Assembly (NCBI GenBank): GCA_963797245.1
Contig: CAWCPE010000016.1
Span: forward strand, 69,912-133,911
Reading direction: 5' to 3'
DNA: 64,000 nt
Source: Terriglobia bacterium
GTDB taxonomy: Bacteria > Acidobacteriota > Terriglobia > Bryobacterales > Bryobacteraceae
In this document: positions 19,093 through 29,194 of the stretch, in pieces
Numbering within the stretch: position 1 is the stretch's first letter
Layout: each line of letters opens with the position of its first letter
Position numbers and translations under genes: made by a program
The notes under the pieces: model-generated
Databases searched by the model: none
Told to the model about the DNA's origin: nothing
What the model saw: the letters and a program-made list of their open reading frames with translations, nothing else

Positions 19093-19284
19093 CGGCAGGG
19101 CTTGTCACCAACGGCTGCGCCTTCAACACCAGCGGTGCCGGTAACGGCGGGGTGGAGTCCCGACCGTGAGCGCGGGGCTACTTGGGAGGAGCCAAGTGGC
19201 GGCAGACGTAGCAGTTACGACAGAGCGTGTTTTTTTGGTTAGGTTTCACGCCCACGGGAGTCTACCCAGTGGAAGGAGTTCCAT

Positions 19285-19461
19285 ATGAACGACCCCAAGA
19301 ATCCACAAGACAAACAACATAATCCACAGAATCCGCAGCATCAGGACCCCAAGAAACCGGGTCACAATCCCAACGATCCACAGAATCGGCAGAACGACCC
19401 CAAGTATCGCCAGGAGCAGGAAAAGGGTCACCAGGAGCACGAAAAGCAGCCCACCCGCTAG
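19285..19461 (+). CDS. Small (58 aa) highly hydrophilic Q/N/P/K/H-rich protein
   Basis: Below the ORF-track length cutoff. ATG is preceded by GGAAGGAG with 6-nt spacing. Translation: MNDPKNPQDKQHNPQNPQHQDPKKPGHNPNDPQNRQNDPKYRQEQEKGHQEHEKQPTR. A hairpin terminator follows at 19486. Confidence 0.55.
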   Translation: MNDPKNPQDKQHNPQNPQHQDPKKPGHNPNDPQNRQNDPKYRQEQEKGHQEHEKQPTR

Positions 19462-19485
19462 CGTTTTTTCGACTCGTCCTTATCT

Positions 19486-19523
19486 CTCCCTCCCGTGTGA
19501 CTCCCGGGAGGGAGTTCTATTTT
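19486..19523 (+). terminator. Rho-independent terminator
   Basis: Perfect 10-bp stem CTCCCTCCCG (19486-19495) / CGGGAGGGAG (19505-19514), 9-nt loop, followed by TTCTATTTT. Confidence 0.7.
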
Positions 19524-20194
19524 ACGACCATCACTTCCGCGACCGTTTTCTTCCCGATCGCGGGAACCGTCGCATCCGGCGACGGCAGCCCGACCGGGAT
19601 CAGAACGAATGGCCGCTCATTTTTCGGGCGTTCCAGAATCGTCGACAGAAATCCCATCGGGCTGGGCGTATGCGTGAGCGTCGCGAGGCCGCTCATGTGC
19701 AGCGCGGCAAGCAGGAATCCGGTCGCGATCCCCACCGATTCCTGCACATAGTAGTGCTTGATCTTCGCGTCTCCCTCCAGCCCGAAATCCACCCGAAAAA
19801 CCACAATCAGATACGGCGCGGTCTCCAGGAATTCCTTGTGCCAATCCGTACCGAGGGGCGCCAGCGCTTCCAGCCAATCCGCCGGCATGCGATGTTCGTA
19901 ACTCTCGCGCTCCTCCGCCTCGGCGGCTTCGCGAATTTTGCGCTTGATCTCCGCGTCCTTCACGACCACGAACTTCCATGGCTGCTGATTCGCCCCGCTC
20001 GGAGCGAGCGACGCGCAGCGAATCGCGTTTTCGATCAGCTCGAAGGGGACTGGTTCTGGAGAGAGGAAGCGCACCGAGCGGCGCGCGGCCATCCACTTCA
20101 CAAACTCGCGCGAGACGTGCACCTGCCGGGAGGGCTCCATACGTTGGAAATCGAGCGGAACGTGCGCGTGCGGTTTCATGACACCGGCAAGCAT
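19517..20194 (-). CDS. Nitroreductase-family protein
   Basis: RRSVRFLSPEPVPFELIENAIRCASLAPSGANQQPWKFVVV is the canonical nitroreductase N-terminal block. Length 225 aa. Confidence 0.8.
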   Translation of the reverse strand: MLAGVMKPHAHVPLDFQRMEPSRQVHVSREFVKWMAARRSVRFLSPEPVPFELIENAIRCASLAPSGANQQPWKFVVVKDAEIKRKIREAAEAEERESYEHRMPADWLEALAPLGTDWHKEFLETAPYLIVVFRVDFGLEGDAKIKHYYVQESVGIATGFLLAALHMSGLATLTHTPSPMGFLSTILERPKNERPFVLIPVGLPSPDATVPAIGKKTVAEVMVVK

Positions 20195-20247
20195 AGCATC
20201 GGGCGTGACATACTGCGGACTGCGTAAAACGCACGAGGAGAACGAGG

Positions 20248-20736
20248 ATGTCCAATCCAGTAGTTCAAGTGCCGGCAGGAACCGGCCGGAAGTTTTGGGG
20301 CGCTGGTGACCAACTGCGCATCCTGGTCACTGGCGCGGAGACGGGAGGAGCGTTTTTCATGGTGGAAACCACCGTCGCGCCGGGAGGCGGTCCGCCGCCG
20401 CACCTGCACACGCGGGAAGACGAGTCGTTCTTTTTGCAGGAGGGCACCTTGACGGTTCAGGTGGGAGACCAGACGCTCCAGGCCTCACCCGGCGACTTCG
20501 TGCTCCTTCCGCGCGGCATCGTGCATACGTTCAAGAACACTTCGTCGAGCGAGGCGAAGATGCTGGTGATCGGCACGCCGGCGGGCTTCGAGGGGTTTTT
20601 CATGGAATCGTTCTTTCCGGTAGTCGAAGGCGAGGCGCCTCCGCCAATGGGCCCTGAAATCGTGGCACGCTTCCAGGCCGCCGCGCAGAAGTACGGATTG
20701 ACGCTGTTTCCGCCGGAACAAACCGCCGGCGCCTAG
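20248..20736 (+). CDS. Cupin-domain protein
   Basis: GGAFFMVETTVAPGGGPPPHLHTREDESFFLQEGTLTV...VHTFKN are cupin motifs 1 and 2. Confidence 0.8.
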   Translation: MSNPVVQVPAGTGRKFWGAGDQLRILVTGAETGGAFFMVETTVAPGGGPPPHLHTREDESFFLQEGTLTVQVGDQTLQASPGDFVLLPRGIVHTFKNTSSSEAKMLVIGTPAGFEGFFMESFFPVVEGEAPPPMGPEIVARFQAAAQKYGLTLFPPEQTAGA

Positions 20737-20761
20737 GAGGTATCGGGCGTCCCGCGAGTGC

Positions 20762-20872
20762 GTGGCGCACGCACTCGTGCGTGCCGTGTCGAGACTCGTC
20801 TCGACACCTCGTCTGCGCCAGAACAGGCGTCGGCAAGGGTGCCGACGCGGCACGCAGGAGTGCGTGCGCCAC
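20762..20872. repeat. Structured palindromic repeat, family A copy 1
   Basis: 111 nt, with 100/111 positions identical to 51292-51402 by manual alignment. Outer ~25-bp inverted repeat GTGGCGCACGCACTC.TGCGTGCCG plus two inner hairpins (GTGTCGAGA/TCTCGACAC and GTCGGCA/TGCCGAC). Confidence 0.85.
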
Positions 20873-20922
20873 CAGTTCGTCCGGCTCGAACAGAATCGCC
20901 GGGACCACTTTCTTGCCTGCGA

Positions 20923-22992
20923 TCACGCCAGATCCGCGGGACGAATCGGGAGCTGGCGGACGCGCTTCCGCGTTGCTGCAAACAGCGCGTTGGTAACGGC
21001 GGGCGCGATCCCCGGAGTTCCCGCTTCGCCGATGCCGCCCGGCGCCGCCGTGCTCGGCACGATGTGGACTTCGATCACCGGCATTTCATCGATGCGCAGC
21101 ACTTCATATTGATGAAAATTCTCCTGCTGCACGCGGCCCTTGTCGATGGTGATGCCCGTCTTCAACGCCGCCGTCAGTCCGAACACGATCGCGCTCTGGA
21201 TCTGCTGCTCAACGCCCGCCGGGTTCACCACCTGCCCGCAATCGACCGCGCAGACCACTCGATGCACCCGCAGTTTTCCGCCGGCAGTCGACACTTCGGC
21301 GATCTGCGCGGTGAAGCTGCCCACGTTATTCACCACCCCGACCCCGCGCGTGCGCCCGGCCGGAAGCGGACCCGCTTTCTCCGCTGCCAACTGAAGCGCT
21401 GCACGCAGACGCGGAACCTTCGCAAGTAAGCGAAGCCTCAACTCCACCGGATCTTTTCCACCCGCCGCGGCCAGTTCGTCCAGGAACGACTCCATGAAAA
21501 ACGTATTCTGCGAGTACCCCACCGATCGCCAGTAGTTCACCGGAATCCCCGCGTCGATCGCGTGATAATCACACAGAAAATGTTCGAACGCGTACGGCAT
21601 GGTGGTGACGCCTTCGACGCCAGTGCGTGACACGCCGTCGCGCAATCCGCCGAATGGCGGACACGCAATCGTGGCCGTCACGGCCACCGGCCACCCATCG
21701 GCATCCAGCGCACCGGAGAACCGGCACGCCGATGCCGGCCGGTACAGATCGTGCTGGATATCGTCTTCGCGCGACCACGTCACCTTCACGGGAACACCCG
21801 CGGCTTTCGAAATCTCGACTGCTTCATTGATGAAATCGACTTGTCCGCGCCGCCCGAATCCGCCGCCCATGAACTCGGTATGGACCTGCACGTTTTCAGG
21901 TTTCAGTCCGGTGATCTTGACCGCCGCGTCGCGCGCAGCGGTCTGCATCTGCGTGGATGCCCATACTTCGCAGGAATCGGCGCGAACATCGGCAGTGCAA
22001 TTCATCGGCTCCATGGGCGCGTGGGCCAGAAACGGGACTTCGTAGATCGCCTCCACGTGTTTCGCAGCACTCTGGATGGCCGCCGCAGCGTCACCGTCCT
22101 TGCGCGCGACCGCGCCGGGCTGCTTTATTTTGTCGGCGAAAATCTGGCTCAGCCGCGCGCTGTTCATCGCGGCCGTGGGACCCTCGTCCCATTGAACGAC
22201 CAGCGCCCGCCGGCCCTCCATCGCGTTCCACGTGTTGTCGGCCAGCACCGCCACGCCATTCGAAATCTGAATTACGTTTTTGACGCCGGGAACTTGCCGG
22301 GTCTTCGACGCATCGAAGCTCGCGGCTTTTCCACCGAACACCGGGCATCGCGCGACCACCGCATACAGCATTCCCGGACGCCGCACGTCGATTCCGAAAG
22401 TCGCCGTGCCGTTGACCTTCGACGGCGTATCCAGCCGCCGCGTCGGCTTGCCGATCAGACGGAAGTGCGAACGGTCTTTGAGTGTGACGTTCATTGGAAC
22501 GGACAGCTTCGAAGCGTCTTCCGCGAGGCTGCCATAACTCAGCTTTGCGCCCGAAGCCGTGTTGATTACCGAATTATTTTCAGCGCGGCACGCGGACGAG
22601 TCGACGCCCCAACGCTTCGCTGCCGCCTCGATCAGCATCAGCCTCGCAGTGGCACCGGCTTTAGGCAACGAATCCCAGGAGCTGCGAATGCTCGCGCTGC
22701 CGACCACGCCTTGAAACGGTCCGTATTCGCGGCTCACGCCCGGAAATTCGGTGCGAATTTTCTTCCAGTCGCATTCCAGTTCTTCGGCCAGCAACATCGA
22801 AAGTGAAGTGACGGTTCCCTGCCCCATCTCGGCTTTGTGAATGAACAGCGTGACGAAATCGTCCGCGCTGACGTGCACGTAGGCGTTGAGTTTCGATGCG
22901 ACCGCGTCGGCACGTACACGCGACGGCAAAGAGAAGCCGATCAGCAGGCCGCCCGCTGCGGTACGAAGAAAATCGCGTCGATCGAGTCTCAT
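20923..22992 (-). CDS. Molybdopterin-binding oxidoreductase large subunit (IorB / aldehyde oxidase-xanthine dehydrogenase family), Tat-exported
   Basis: [22 protein letters not shown] Tat signal. 689 aa with blocks typical of the isoquinoline 1-oxidoreductase beta family ([23 protein letters not shown]). Confidence 0.8.
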   Translation of the reverse strand: MRLDRRDFLRTAAGGLLIGFSLPSRVRADAVASKLNAYVHVSADDFVTLFIHKAEMGQGTVTSLSMLLAEELECDWKKIRTEFPGVSREYGPFQGVVGSASIRSSWDSLPKAGATARLMLIEAAAKRWGVDSSACRAENNSVINTASGAKLSYGSLAEDASKLSVPMNVTLKDRSHFRLIGKPTRRLDTPSKVNGTATFGIDVRRPGMLYAVVARCPVFGGKAASFDASKTRQVPGVKNVIQISNGVAVLADNTWNAMEGRRALVVQWDEGPTAAMNSARLSQIFADKIKQPGAVARKDGDAAAAIQSAAKHVEAIYEVPFLAHAPMEPMNCTADVRADSCEVWASTQMQTAARDAAVKITGLKPENVQVHTEFMGGGFGRRGQVDFINEAVEISKAAGVPVKVTWSREDDIQHDLYRPASACRFSGALDADGWPVAVTATIACPPFGGLRDGVSRTGVEGVTTMPYAFEHFLCDYHAIDAGIPVNYWRSVGYSQNTFFMESFLDELAAAGGKDPVELRLRLLAKVPRLRAALQLAAEKAGPLPAGRTRGVGVVNNVGSFTAQIAEVSTAGGKLRVHRVVCAVDCGQVVNPAGVEQQIQSAIVFGLTAALKTGITIDKGRVQQENFHQYEVLRIDEMPVIEVHIVPSTAAPGGIGEAGTPGIAPAVTNALFAATRKRVRQLPIRPADLA

Positions 22993-23465
22993 TTCGCGCC
23001 TCCCTCACTGCGCTCGATGGCTGCCGCGCGATGGACCGCCGCGCGGATGGCTTGATACGTTCCACACCGGCAGATGTTGCCGTGCAGAGCTTCGTCGATA
23101 TCCGCGTCGGTAGGATTCGCAGTCTTGCGCAGCAGCGCCACGGCGGTCATGATCTGGCCCGATTGACAGTACCCGCACTGCGGCACGTCTTCCTCGATCC
23201 AGGCACGCTGCACTGGATGGTTGCCGTCGGGGGAAAGCCCTTCGATGGTCGTGACGCTCTTACCGGCGACCGAAGAAACGCGCGTGGTGCAGGATCGCAC
23301 CGGCTGGCCGTTCACATGGACGGTGCAAGCCCCGCACAGCGCCATTCCGCAGCCGAATTTGGTCCCGGTGAGGCCGAGCGTGTCGCGCAGGACCCACAGC
23401 AACGGCATGGCCGGCTCGACATCCACGGTCTCGGGTTTTCCGTTCAGGGTGAATTTGACCGACAT
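22989..23465 (-). CDS. (2Fe-2S)-binding small subunit (IorA-like)
   Basis: [10 protein letters not shown]...[12 protein letters not shown]...[10 protein letters not shown]...NICRCGTY are cysteine clusters of the 2Fe-2S subunit. I chose the ATG at 23465, preceded by GAGGAAG. ATGA overlap with the large subunit. Confidence 0.85.
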   Translation of the reverse strand: MSVKFTLNGKPETVDVEPAMPLLWVLRDTLGLTGTKFGCGMALCGACTVHVNGQPVRSCTTRVSSVAGKSVTTIEGLSPDGNHPVQRAWIEEDVPQCGYCQSGQIMTAVALLRKTANPTDADIDEALHGNICRCGTYQAIRAAVHRAAAIERSEGGAK

Positions 23466-23496
23466 GGCAGCTTCCTCAATCGAAGTATACAGCGCG

Positions 23497-25986
23497 TCAC
23501 TCCTGGCGGAGTGCAATCGCGGGGGACACTGCGGACGCGCGCCGCGCCGGAAGATAGCTGGCGCCGAAAGCGACCATCGTAAGGGCGATTCCTGCCGCCG
23601 CGAAGGTCAACGGATCGCCGGGTTGAACGCCGAATAACAAGGTCGCCGCCGTGCGGCCAGCGGCAATCGCCAGCAGCGTTCCGACGCACAATCCGACCGC
23701 GAGCAGCATGCCGGTCTCGCGCAGGATCAGCCCGATCACGTTTGCTGAACTCGCGCCTAGCGCGATCCGGATTCCGATTTCCCCGGTTCGCCGCGCGACC
23801 ATGTAGGAGATGACGCCATACAGCCCGACGGTCGCGAGCAGCACGGCGAGCGCCCCGAACAGTCCGGAAAGAATCGCCATCAGACGTTCCCGGATCAGCG
23901 ATTGAGCGATGCGATCTTCGAACACCGAGAAGAAGTGCCCGATATTCGGATTCACCTCCGCTATCGCGCGGCGGACGGACGGAGTGAGCGCGTCGAGCCC
24001 CGCGCCTGAGCGGATCAGAATCCGGCCGGAGAACAGCGGTTGCGGAAATTGAGACATGGGAAGGAAGATCATTGGCGGGAAGTCCTGGCGCAGGTCGTGG
24101 AATTTGCTATTCTTCGCCAGGCCGACGATTTCGTAAACCGTTTGCGGCGCGTAGGGAGCCTTTTCGATCCAGAATCGCCGGCCCACCGGATTCGGCCCCA
24201 GCGAAAACACGCGCGCAAACTCTTCACTGACGATCGCGACGCTGGGCGAAGTGCGCGTATCGCGCTCGTCAAATTCGCGGCCGGCCATCAGCGGCGTGCC
24301 GATCGCGTGGAAGTACCCCGGCCCCACCAGGCCACGCGAGACTTCGCGCGCGTGGGTCACGTCCGATCCGTCCATCCACATCATATTGGTCCAGGCATCA
24401 CCCGTGGCGGGAAGGAAGGAGGTTTCGGCCGCCGCGTTCACGCCGGGGATGGCGCGGATGCGCTCCACCAGATCGTGCCGCACCGCGGGCAGACGGGCAG
24501 CGTCCAGGCGTCCGTAGCCGACGTTTGCGATCAGGATTCCGTGCGCGTCGAACCCGGCGTCCACAGTCATCAGATTTCGCAGACTTCGGACGAACAACAG
24601 AGCGCCGACCATCAGCACCAGCGAGAGCGCGATCTGCGTAGTGACCAGAATGCGGCGAAGTCCGAAGCGTTCGCGACCCGGCGTCCCGCGGACACCCGAC
24701 TTCAACGCATCGGCCGGATGTGCCCGCGTGGCGCGTAACGCCGGCGCGAGCGCAAATAGCAGGCACGTCAGCAGCGCCCAGGACGCAGTGAACGCGAACA
24801 CGCGCCAGTCGGGATACACGTCGAGCGAGACCGAATCGTCTCGCGAACTCAGGAATGCGACCAGGAATCGGCTTAGCTCGTGCGCCAGAAACAACGCCGC
24901 TCCCGCGCCGGCGACCGCGATCACGAATCCTTCCACCATCAATTGCTGGATCAGGTCCGCGCGCGACGCGCCGATGGCCAGCCGCACCGCAATCTCGCGC
25001 TCCCGCGCGCTCGCCCGTGCGAGCATCAGGCTCGCCAGGTTCGCACACGCGATCAGCAGCACTAATCCGGCGATCGCCAGCAACATTGAAAGCGCGGTCG
25101 AATATTGATCGCGCAGGCGCGACAACCCTCCGCCGGCAGGGATCGCGTGGAGCTTCATTGCCAGATACGGCTTCACGCTGACTGGCGGATAATCCGGCGG
25201 CAGCGTGGTTTCGAAGACGCCGGGGGAAATCGCCTGAAGCTGCGCGTCGGCCTGCGCGAGCGAAACGCCAGGTTTCCTGCGTCCCATCACGGTGAGCCAC
25301 CAGAACGTGCCGGAATCGAAAGTTCGATCGGATGCTGCCGGCGCGCAGATTGGGAATGCGACGTCGAATTGCTTCCCTACTTCAAGCCCGAAGAAGCCCG
25401 GCGGCGTCACGCCGACGATCTCGATCGAGCCCCCTCGGTTGAATGGGATCTTCCGCCCCACGATGGATGCGTTTCCGCCGAATTCGCTTTGCCAGAATCC
25501 ATAGCTGATCACCGCGGCAGTCAACCCGCAGCCGCGCCGGTCATCATCGGCATGAAACACGCGGCCCAGTGCCGGCCGCACGCCCAGCGCGTCGAAGAAG
25601 TTTCCGCTGACGTACAATCCTTTCACCAGGCGGGTCTCCGGCCCTTCCGAGAAATTGATTGGGTTGTCAGCCCACGCGAAGATTTCCGAAAAAACCTGCT
25701 GGCGGCGGCCAATCTCCTCCCATAGAGGACTGGTCAGCGCGTTATCGCGCATCCAGCTTCCGCGCGCGTGCGTCATGTTGTCGATGCGAACTTCGGCGAT
25801 CTCCTGCGGCGACGGCACCGGCAGCGAACGCAGCCTCACCGCATCGAGCAATTGAAAGATTGCGGTATTGGCTCCGATTCCCAGCGCGAGCGATGCGACC
25901 GCGACCATCGCGAACACGGGGCTGCGGCGCAGACTGCGCAGCGCGTAGCCGAAATCGCTTGAGAGGCGGGCCATCGCGTAGCTCAA
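23497..25986 (-). CDS. ADOP-family duplicated FtsX/MacB-like permease without adjacent ATPase
   Basis: [41 protein letters not shown]-terminus and duplicated FtsX modules (829 aa). Matches the acidobacterial duplicated orphan permease pattern. Confidence 0.8.
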   Translation of the reverse strand: MSYAMARLSSDFGYALRSLRRSPVFAMVAVASLALGIGANTAIFQLLDAVRLRSLPVPSPQEIAEVRIDNMTHARGSWMRDNALTSPLWEEIGRRQQVFSEIFAWADNPINFSEGPETRLVKGLYVSGNFFDALGVRPALGRVFHADDDRRGCGLTAAVISYGFWQSEFGGNASIVGRKIPFNRGGSIEIVGVTPPGFFGLEVGKQFDVAFPICAPAASDRTFDSGTFWWLTVMGRRKPGVSLAQADAQLQAISPGVFETTLPPDYPPVSVKPYLAMKLHAIPAGGGLSRLRDQYSTALSMLLAIAGLVLLIACANLASLMLARASAREREIAVRLAIGASRADLIQQLMVEGFVIAVAGAGAALFLAHELSRFLVAFLSSRDDSVSLDVYPDWRVFAFTASWALLTCLLFALAPALRATRAHPADALKSGVRGTPGRERFGLRRILVTTQIALSLVLMVGALLFVRSLRNLMTVDAGFDAHGILIANVGYGRLDAARLPAVRHDLVERIRAIPGVNAAAETSFLPATGDAWTNMMWMDGSDVTHAREVSRGLVGPGYFHAIGTPLMAGREFDERDTRTSPSVAIVSEEFARVFSLGPNPVGRRFWIEKAPYAPQTVYEIVGLAKNSKFHDLRQDFPPMIFLPMSQFPQPLFSGRILIRSGAGLDALTPSVRRAIAEVNPNIGHFFSVFEDRIAQSLIRERLMAILSGLFGALAVLLATVGLYGVISYMVARRTGEIGIRIALGASSANVIGLILRETGMLLAVGLCVGTLLAIAAGRTAATLLFGVQPGDPLTFAAAGIALTMVAFGASYLPARRASAVSPAIALRQE

Positions 25987-26024
25987 CTTTTACCACAGAA
26001 TCGCCTGATGTATACTTCCGGTTT

Positions 26025-27062
26025 ATGAAAACGATCTCACGCCGCGATGCGCTGCTGGCTTTGCCCGGATTGGCGGCAGCTTCGAAGCTGCTGGGACAAA
26101 CGAAACGCCAGATCCCGGTCAAGACGCTGAGTCACGTGACGCTCAGCGTGTCCGATCCCAAACGGTCGCTCGAGTTTTATCAGGGACTCTTCGGACTGCC
26201 GATCCAGGCGTATCAGGGACCGGATTCGAGCGCGCCTCCGTCGCTGCGCATCGGCGACGGGCCGCAGTTTCTGTTTCTCAGCGCGATTCGCGGCAACGGA
26301 AAACCCGGCATCGATCACTTCTGCATGACCACGCCGGATTTCAAGGTCGATCGCGCAACGGAGATCCTCGCCGCGCACGGCATTACGAAAGCCGAAGGAC
26401 GCGGTGGTGGAATGACGGGCGGTCCGATGAAAATGCGCATCCGCATCCGCGATGAAAGGACCGGCGGTTCGCCTGAAGGGACCCCCGAAATGTACATCGG
26501 CGATCCGGATGGGCTGCCGATTCAATTGCAGGACGTCCGTTATTGCGGAGGCTCCGGACCGCTGGGCGAAGTTTGTCTTTCGAAACTCGTGCCGGCTCCA
26601 CGCGCGGGGTTGATCGCGTTGAAGGACTTGAGCCACGTCACGCTATTCGTCTCCGATGGGCCGCGCTCCATCGCCTTTTATCAGGATCTGTTCGCCATGC
26701 CGGTTCAGGCGCATCAGGGACCCACCCCGCTGCTCGGAATAGGTTCGAATCGCCAGTTCCTGACCATCGTCGGCGTGGGACGCACACCGAGTATCAATCA
26801 CGCCTGCTTCACCATGGAAAATTTCAATCCGGATAAAGTCCTCAAGACGCTGGCGGACTTCGGAGTGAAACCCCGCGGCGAAGGGCGTGGACCGGCCGGT
26901 CCTCTGGTCTCCTACGTAACGCTGCGCACCGAAGCGCGCGGCGGAGCGAAAGAAGGCACACCCGAATTGTACTTTACCGATCCCGACGGTATCCTGATGC
27001 AGATTCAAGATGTTAGCTACTGCGGAGGCGCGGGGCCTCTGGGCGAGGTCTGCCGGGGCTAA
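26025..27062 (+). CDS. Tandem VOC/glyoxalase-domain protein with Tat-like signal
   Basis: In-frame ATG at 26025 gives MKTISRRDALLALPGLAAASKLLGQ. Two VOC modules follow (LSHVTLSVSDPKRSLEFYQGLFGLPIQ and LSHVTLFVSDGPRSIAFYQDLFAMPVQ). The upstream part of the track ORF is R/A-rich and overlaps the divergent permease. Confidence 0.7.
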   Translation: MKTISRRDALLALPGLAAASKLLGQTKRQIPVKTLSHVTLSVSDPKRSLEFYQGLFGLPIQAYQGPDSSAPPSLRIGDGPQFLFLSAIRGNGKPGIDHFCMTTPDFKVDRATEILAAHGITKAEGRGGGMTGGPMKMRIRIRDERTGGSPEGTPEMYIGDPDGLPIQLQDVRYCGGSGPLGEVCLSKLVPAPRAGLIALKDLSHVTLFVSDGPRSIAFYQDLFAMPVQAHQGPTPLLGIGSNRQFLTIVGVGRTPSINHACFTMENFNPDKVLKTLADFGVKPRGEGRGPAGPLVSYVTLRTEARGGAKEGTPELYFTDPDGILMQIQDVSYCGGAGPLGEVCRG

Positions 27063-27126
27063 GTGCCGCCGGTTATACTGTCAGGTGTAACGTAAGCCAA
27101 CTTACTCACCTGACCGGAGTTGCCAC

Positions 27127-27654
27127 ATGAAGAAACTGATTTCGCAGAGTTTGATAGCGGCGGCGATGCTCGCCCCGCTTTGTTTTGCAGCCGACGACGT
27201 CGTATCCGCAGTTCACGGCACCATCACGAAAGTCGATTCCGGTACCAAGACCATGGTGGTCAAAACGGCCGACGGCACTGAACACACCGTTAAGGTGGCC
27301 GGCAAGACCGCGGTTCACGGAACCGACGCGGCGTCGAAGGACACCTTTCACGGATTGAAAGAGGGATCCGAGGTGGTGGCGCATTACACCACCAAAGGGA
27401 CCGAGAAAACGGCGGTCGAGATCGACAAAGTCGGCAAGGACGGGATTAAAGAAACCGACGGCACGGTGGTCAAAATCGACCACGGAGCAAAAACCGTAGC
27501 GATCAAGACGGCCGACGGCACCGAGCAGACCTTCAAGATGACGGCGCATGCTACCGAAGACGCCGGCAAGGGGATTGGTAAATCGGCCAAAGTTTCGGTC
27601 TACTACACCGAAGACGCCGGCAAGAAAATCGCCCACTTTTTCGAAACTCACTAG
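27127..27654 (+). CDS. Secreted protein with internal duplication, unknown function
   Basis: Signal peptide MKKLISQSLIAAAMLAPLCFA. Two related modules: GTITKVDSGTKTMVVKTADGTEHTVKV...VVAHYT and GTVVKIDHGAKTVAIKTADGTEQTFKM...VSVYYT. Confidence 0.6.
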   Translation: MKKLISQSLIAAAMLAPLCFAADDVVSAVHGTITKVDSGTKTMVVKTADGTEHTVKVAGKTAVHGTDAASKDTFHGLKEGSEVVAHYTTKGTEKTAVEIDKVGKDGIKETDGTVVKIDHGAKTVAIKTADGTEQTFKMTAHATEDAGKGIGKSAKVSVYYTEDAGKKIAHFFETH

Positions 27655-27793
27655 ACGCTCGCGGCCGGGTCGGCCAGCGCCGGTCGAATCGATGTTATAC
27701 TTGTGCCTGGAAGTTGACCCGGACGCTCTCTGCCGCCCTTCGTAAGTGCTGATCGGTGATTGGCCGCCGATCCTCCTCAAACCAAAACACCGA

Positions 27794-29026
27794 ATGAAAA
27801 ATTTCTCTGAACTGTCCCTTTCCGCTCTGCTCAAGAGCAACCTGGCGAAGAATGGCTTCGTCGAACCCACACCGATTCAGGCGGTTGCCATCCCGCCGGC
27901 GCTCGAAGGCCGCGACCTGGTCGCAACCGCGCAAACCGGCACCGGCAAAACCCTCGCCTTCGTGCTGCCGATCCTCGAACTTCTTTCGAAAGAACCCGCG
28001 CAGGCCGGTCTGCGCGCCGTCGTGCTGGCTCCCACGCGCGAGCTGGCCATTCAAATCCATGAAACCTTCGCGATGATGTCCGCCGGCACCGGCCTGCGCG
28101 CCGTGATCGCCATTGGCGGGTTGAACGAACAAACCCAACTGCAGAATATCCGCAAGGGCGCCCAGGTGCTGATCGCGACCCCCGGACGCATGTTCGACTT
28201 CGTCAGCCGGAAGCTCCTCAAACTTTCCGGCGTTCAGATCCTGGTTCTGGATGAAGCCGACCGCATGCTCGACATGGGCTTCCTGCCGACCATCGAAAAA
28301 CTGATGGCCGCGCTGCCCGCCGGGCGCCAGACGCTGTTCTTCTCGGCGACCATCGAAAGCTCGGTGAAGCACCTGGTGGATTCGCACGTGCGCGACGCGG
28401 TGCGCGTCAGCGTCGGCTCCATCACCCAGCCCATCGACAAAGTCGCGCTGCACGTCTATGAAGTGGAGCAGGATCGCAAACTCGGCCTGCTGGCTTCCAT
28501 GTTGCGCGAGCACGACGGATCTTTTCTGGTCTTCGCCCGCACCAAGCGCGGCGCGGATCGCCTGGCCAAGAAGCTTTCGCGCGAAGGGCTGAAGGCGACC
28601 GCTATTCACGGCGATCGCACGCAGAACCAGCGCAACCAGGCCTTGCGCGGATTCCAGGAACGCTCCTACCGCGTGCTGGTGGCGACCGATGTGGCTGCGC
28701 GTGGAATCCACGTCGAAGGCATTGCGCACGTGGTGAATTACGATCTGCCGCAGGTCCCCGAGGATTTCATACATCGCGTGGGCCGCACCGGACGCGCGGG
28801 GGCCAGCGGAACGGCGTCGACCTTCGCGACCCGCAATGAGCGCCAGGAAGTGGTTCGCATTGAGCGGACCATCAACACCAAGCTCCAAAAGCGCGAAGTT
28901 TCGGCGGATATTCCGCGGGAACAAAAGCATTCGGCCGAGGTGATCGTCATGCCCGCCAAGGGTGCGCCGGGCCGTACGCGATCCTTCGCTCCCCGGCACA
29001 AGAGCAACCGCCGCCGCGCAGTTTAG
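27794..29026 (+). CDS. DEAD-box ATP-dependent RNA helicase (RhlE-like)
   Basis: Q-motif FVEPTPIQ, AQTGTGKT, VLDEADRMLDMGF, SAT, HRVGRTGRAG, and a basic C-terminal tail. Start chosen at MKNFSELSL (27794). Confidence 0.9.
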   Translation: MKNFSELSLSALLKSNLAKNGFVEPTPIQAVAIPPALEGRDLVATAQTGTGKTLAFVLPILELLSKEPAQAGLRAVVLAPTRELAIQIHETFAMMSAGTGLRAVIAIGGLNEQTQLQNIRKGAQVLIATPGRMFDFVSRKLLKLSGVQILVLDEADRMLDMGFLPTIEKLMAALPAGRQTLFFSATIESSVKHLVDSHVRDAVRVSVGSITQPIDKVALHVYEVEQDRKLGLLASMLREHDGSFLVFARTKRGADRLAKKLSREGLKATAIHGDRTQNQRNQALRGFQERSYRVLVATDVAARGIHVEGIAHVVNYDLPQVPEDFIHRVGRTGRAGASGTASTFATRNERQEVVRIERTINTKLQKREVSADIPREQKHSAEVIVMPAKGAPGRTRSFAPRHKSNRRRAV

Positions 29027-29194
29027 TTCCGCGCCGCGATAGCCCCATGCGTCAAGCTTGGGGCTATTGCGGTAACCAGCGCAAGCGCCAAGCTGACGCA
29101 TGGGGCTGAAGTGCCAACAAATGATCGGTCAGAGAACGAGTCGCTGCACCCCGTTGAGGCGCGACAGTAGTGGAGCGCGTGGGACGCTGGGACG

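Noticed and set aside
19246-19440. 64-aa hydrophobic minus-strand ORF listed in the track
   Set aside because: GTG start with no RBS. It is the mirror image of the plus-strand hydrophilic ORF, which has a strong RBS, an ATG and a terminator. Kept only as an alternative in the finding.
20758-21429. ORFs starting inside family A repeats (20758-21429, 20762-21112, 20781-20996, 51311-51598, 51369-51728)
   Set aside because: They begin in palindromic repeat sequence, encode R-rich peptides (MAHALVRAVSRLVSTP...) and run antisense or off-frame to real genes. They are repeat-derived artefacts.
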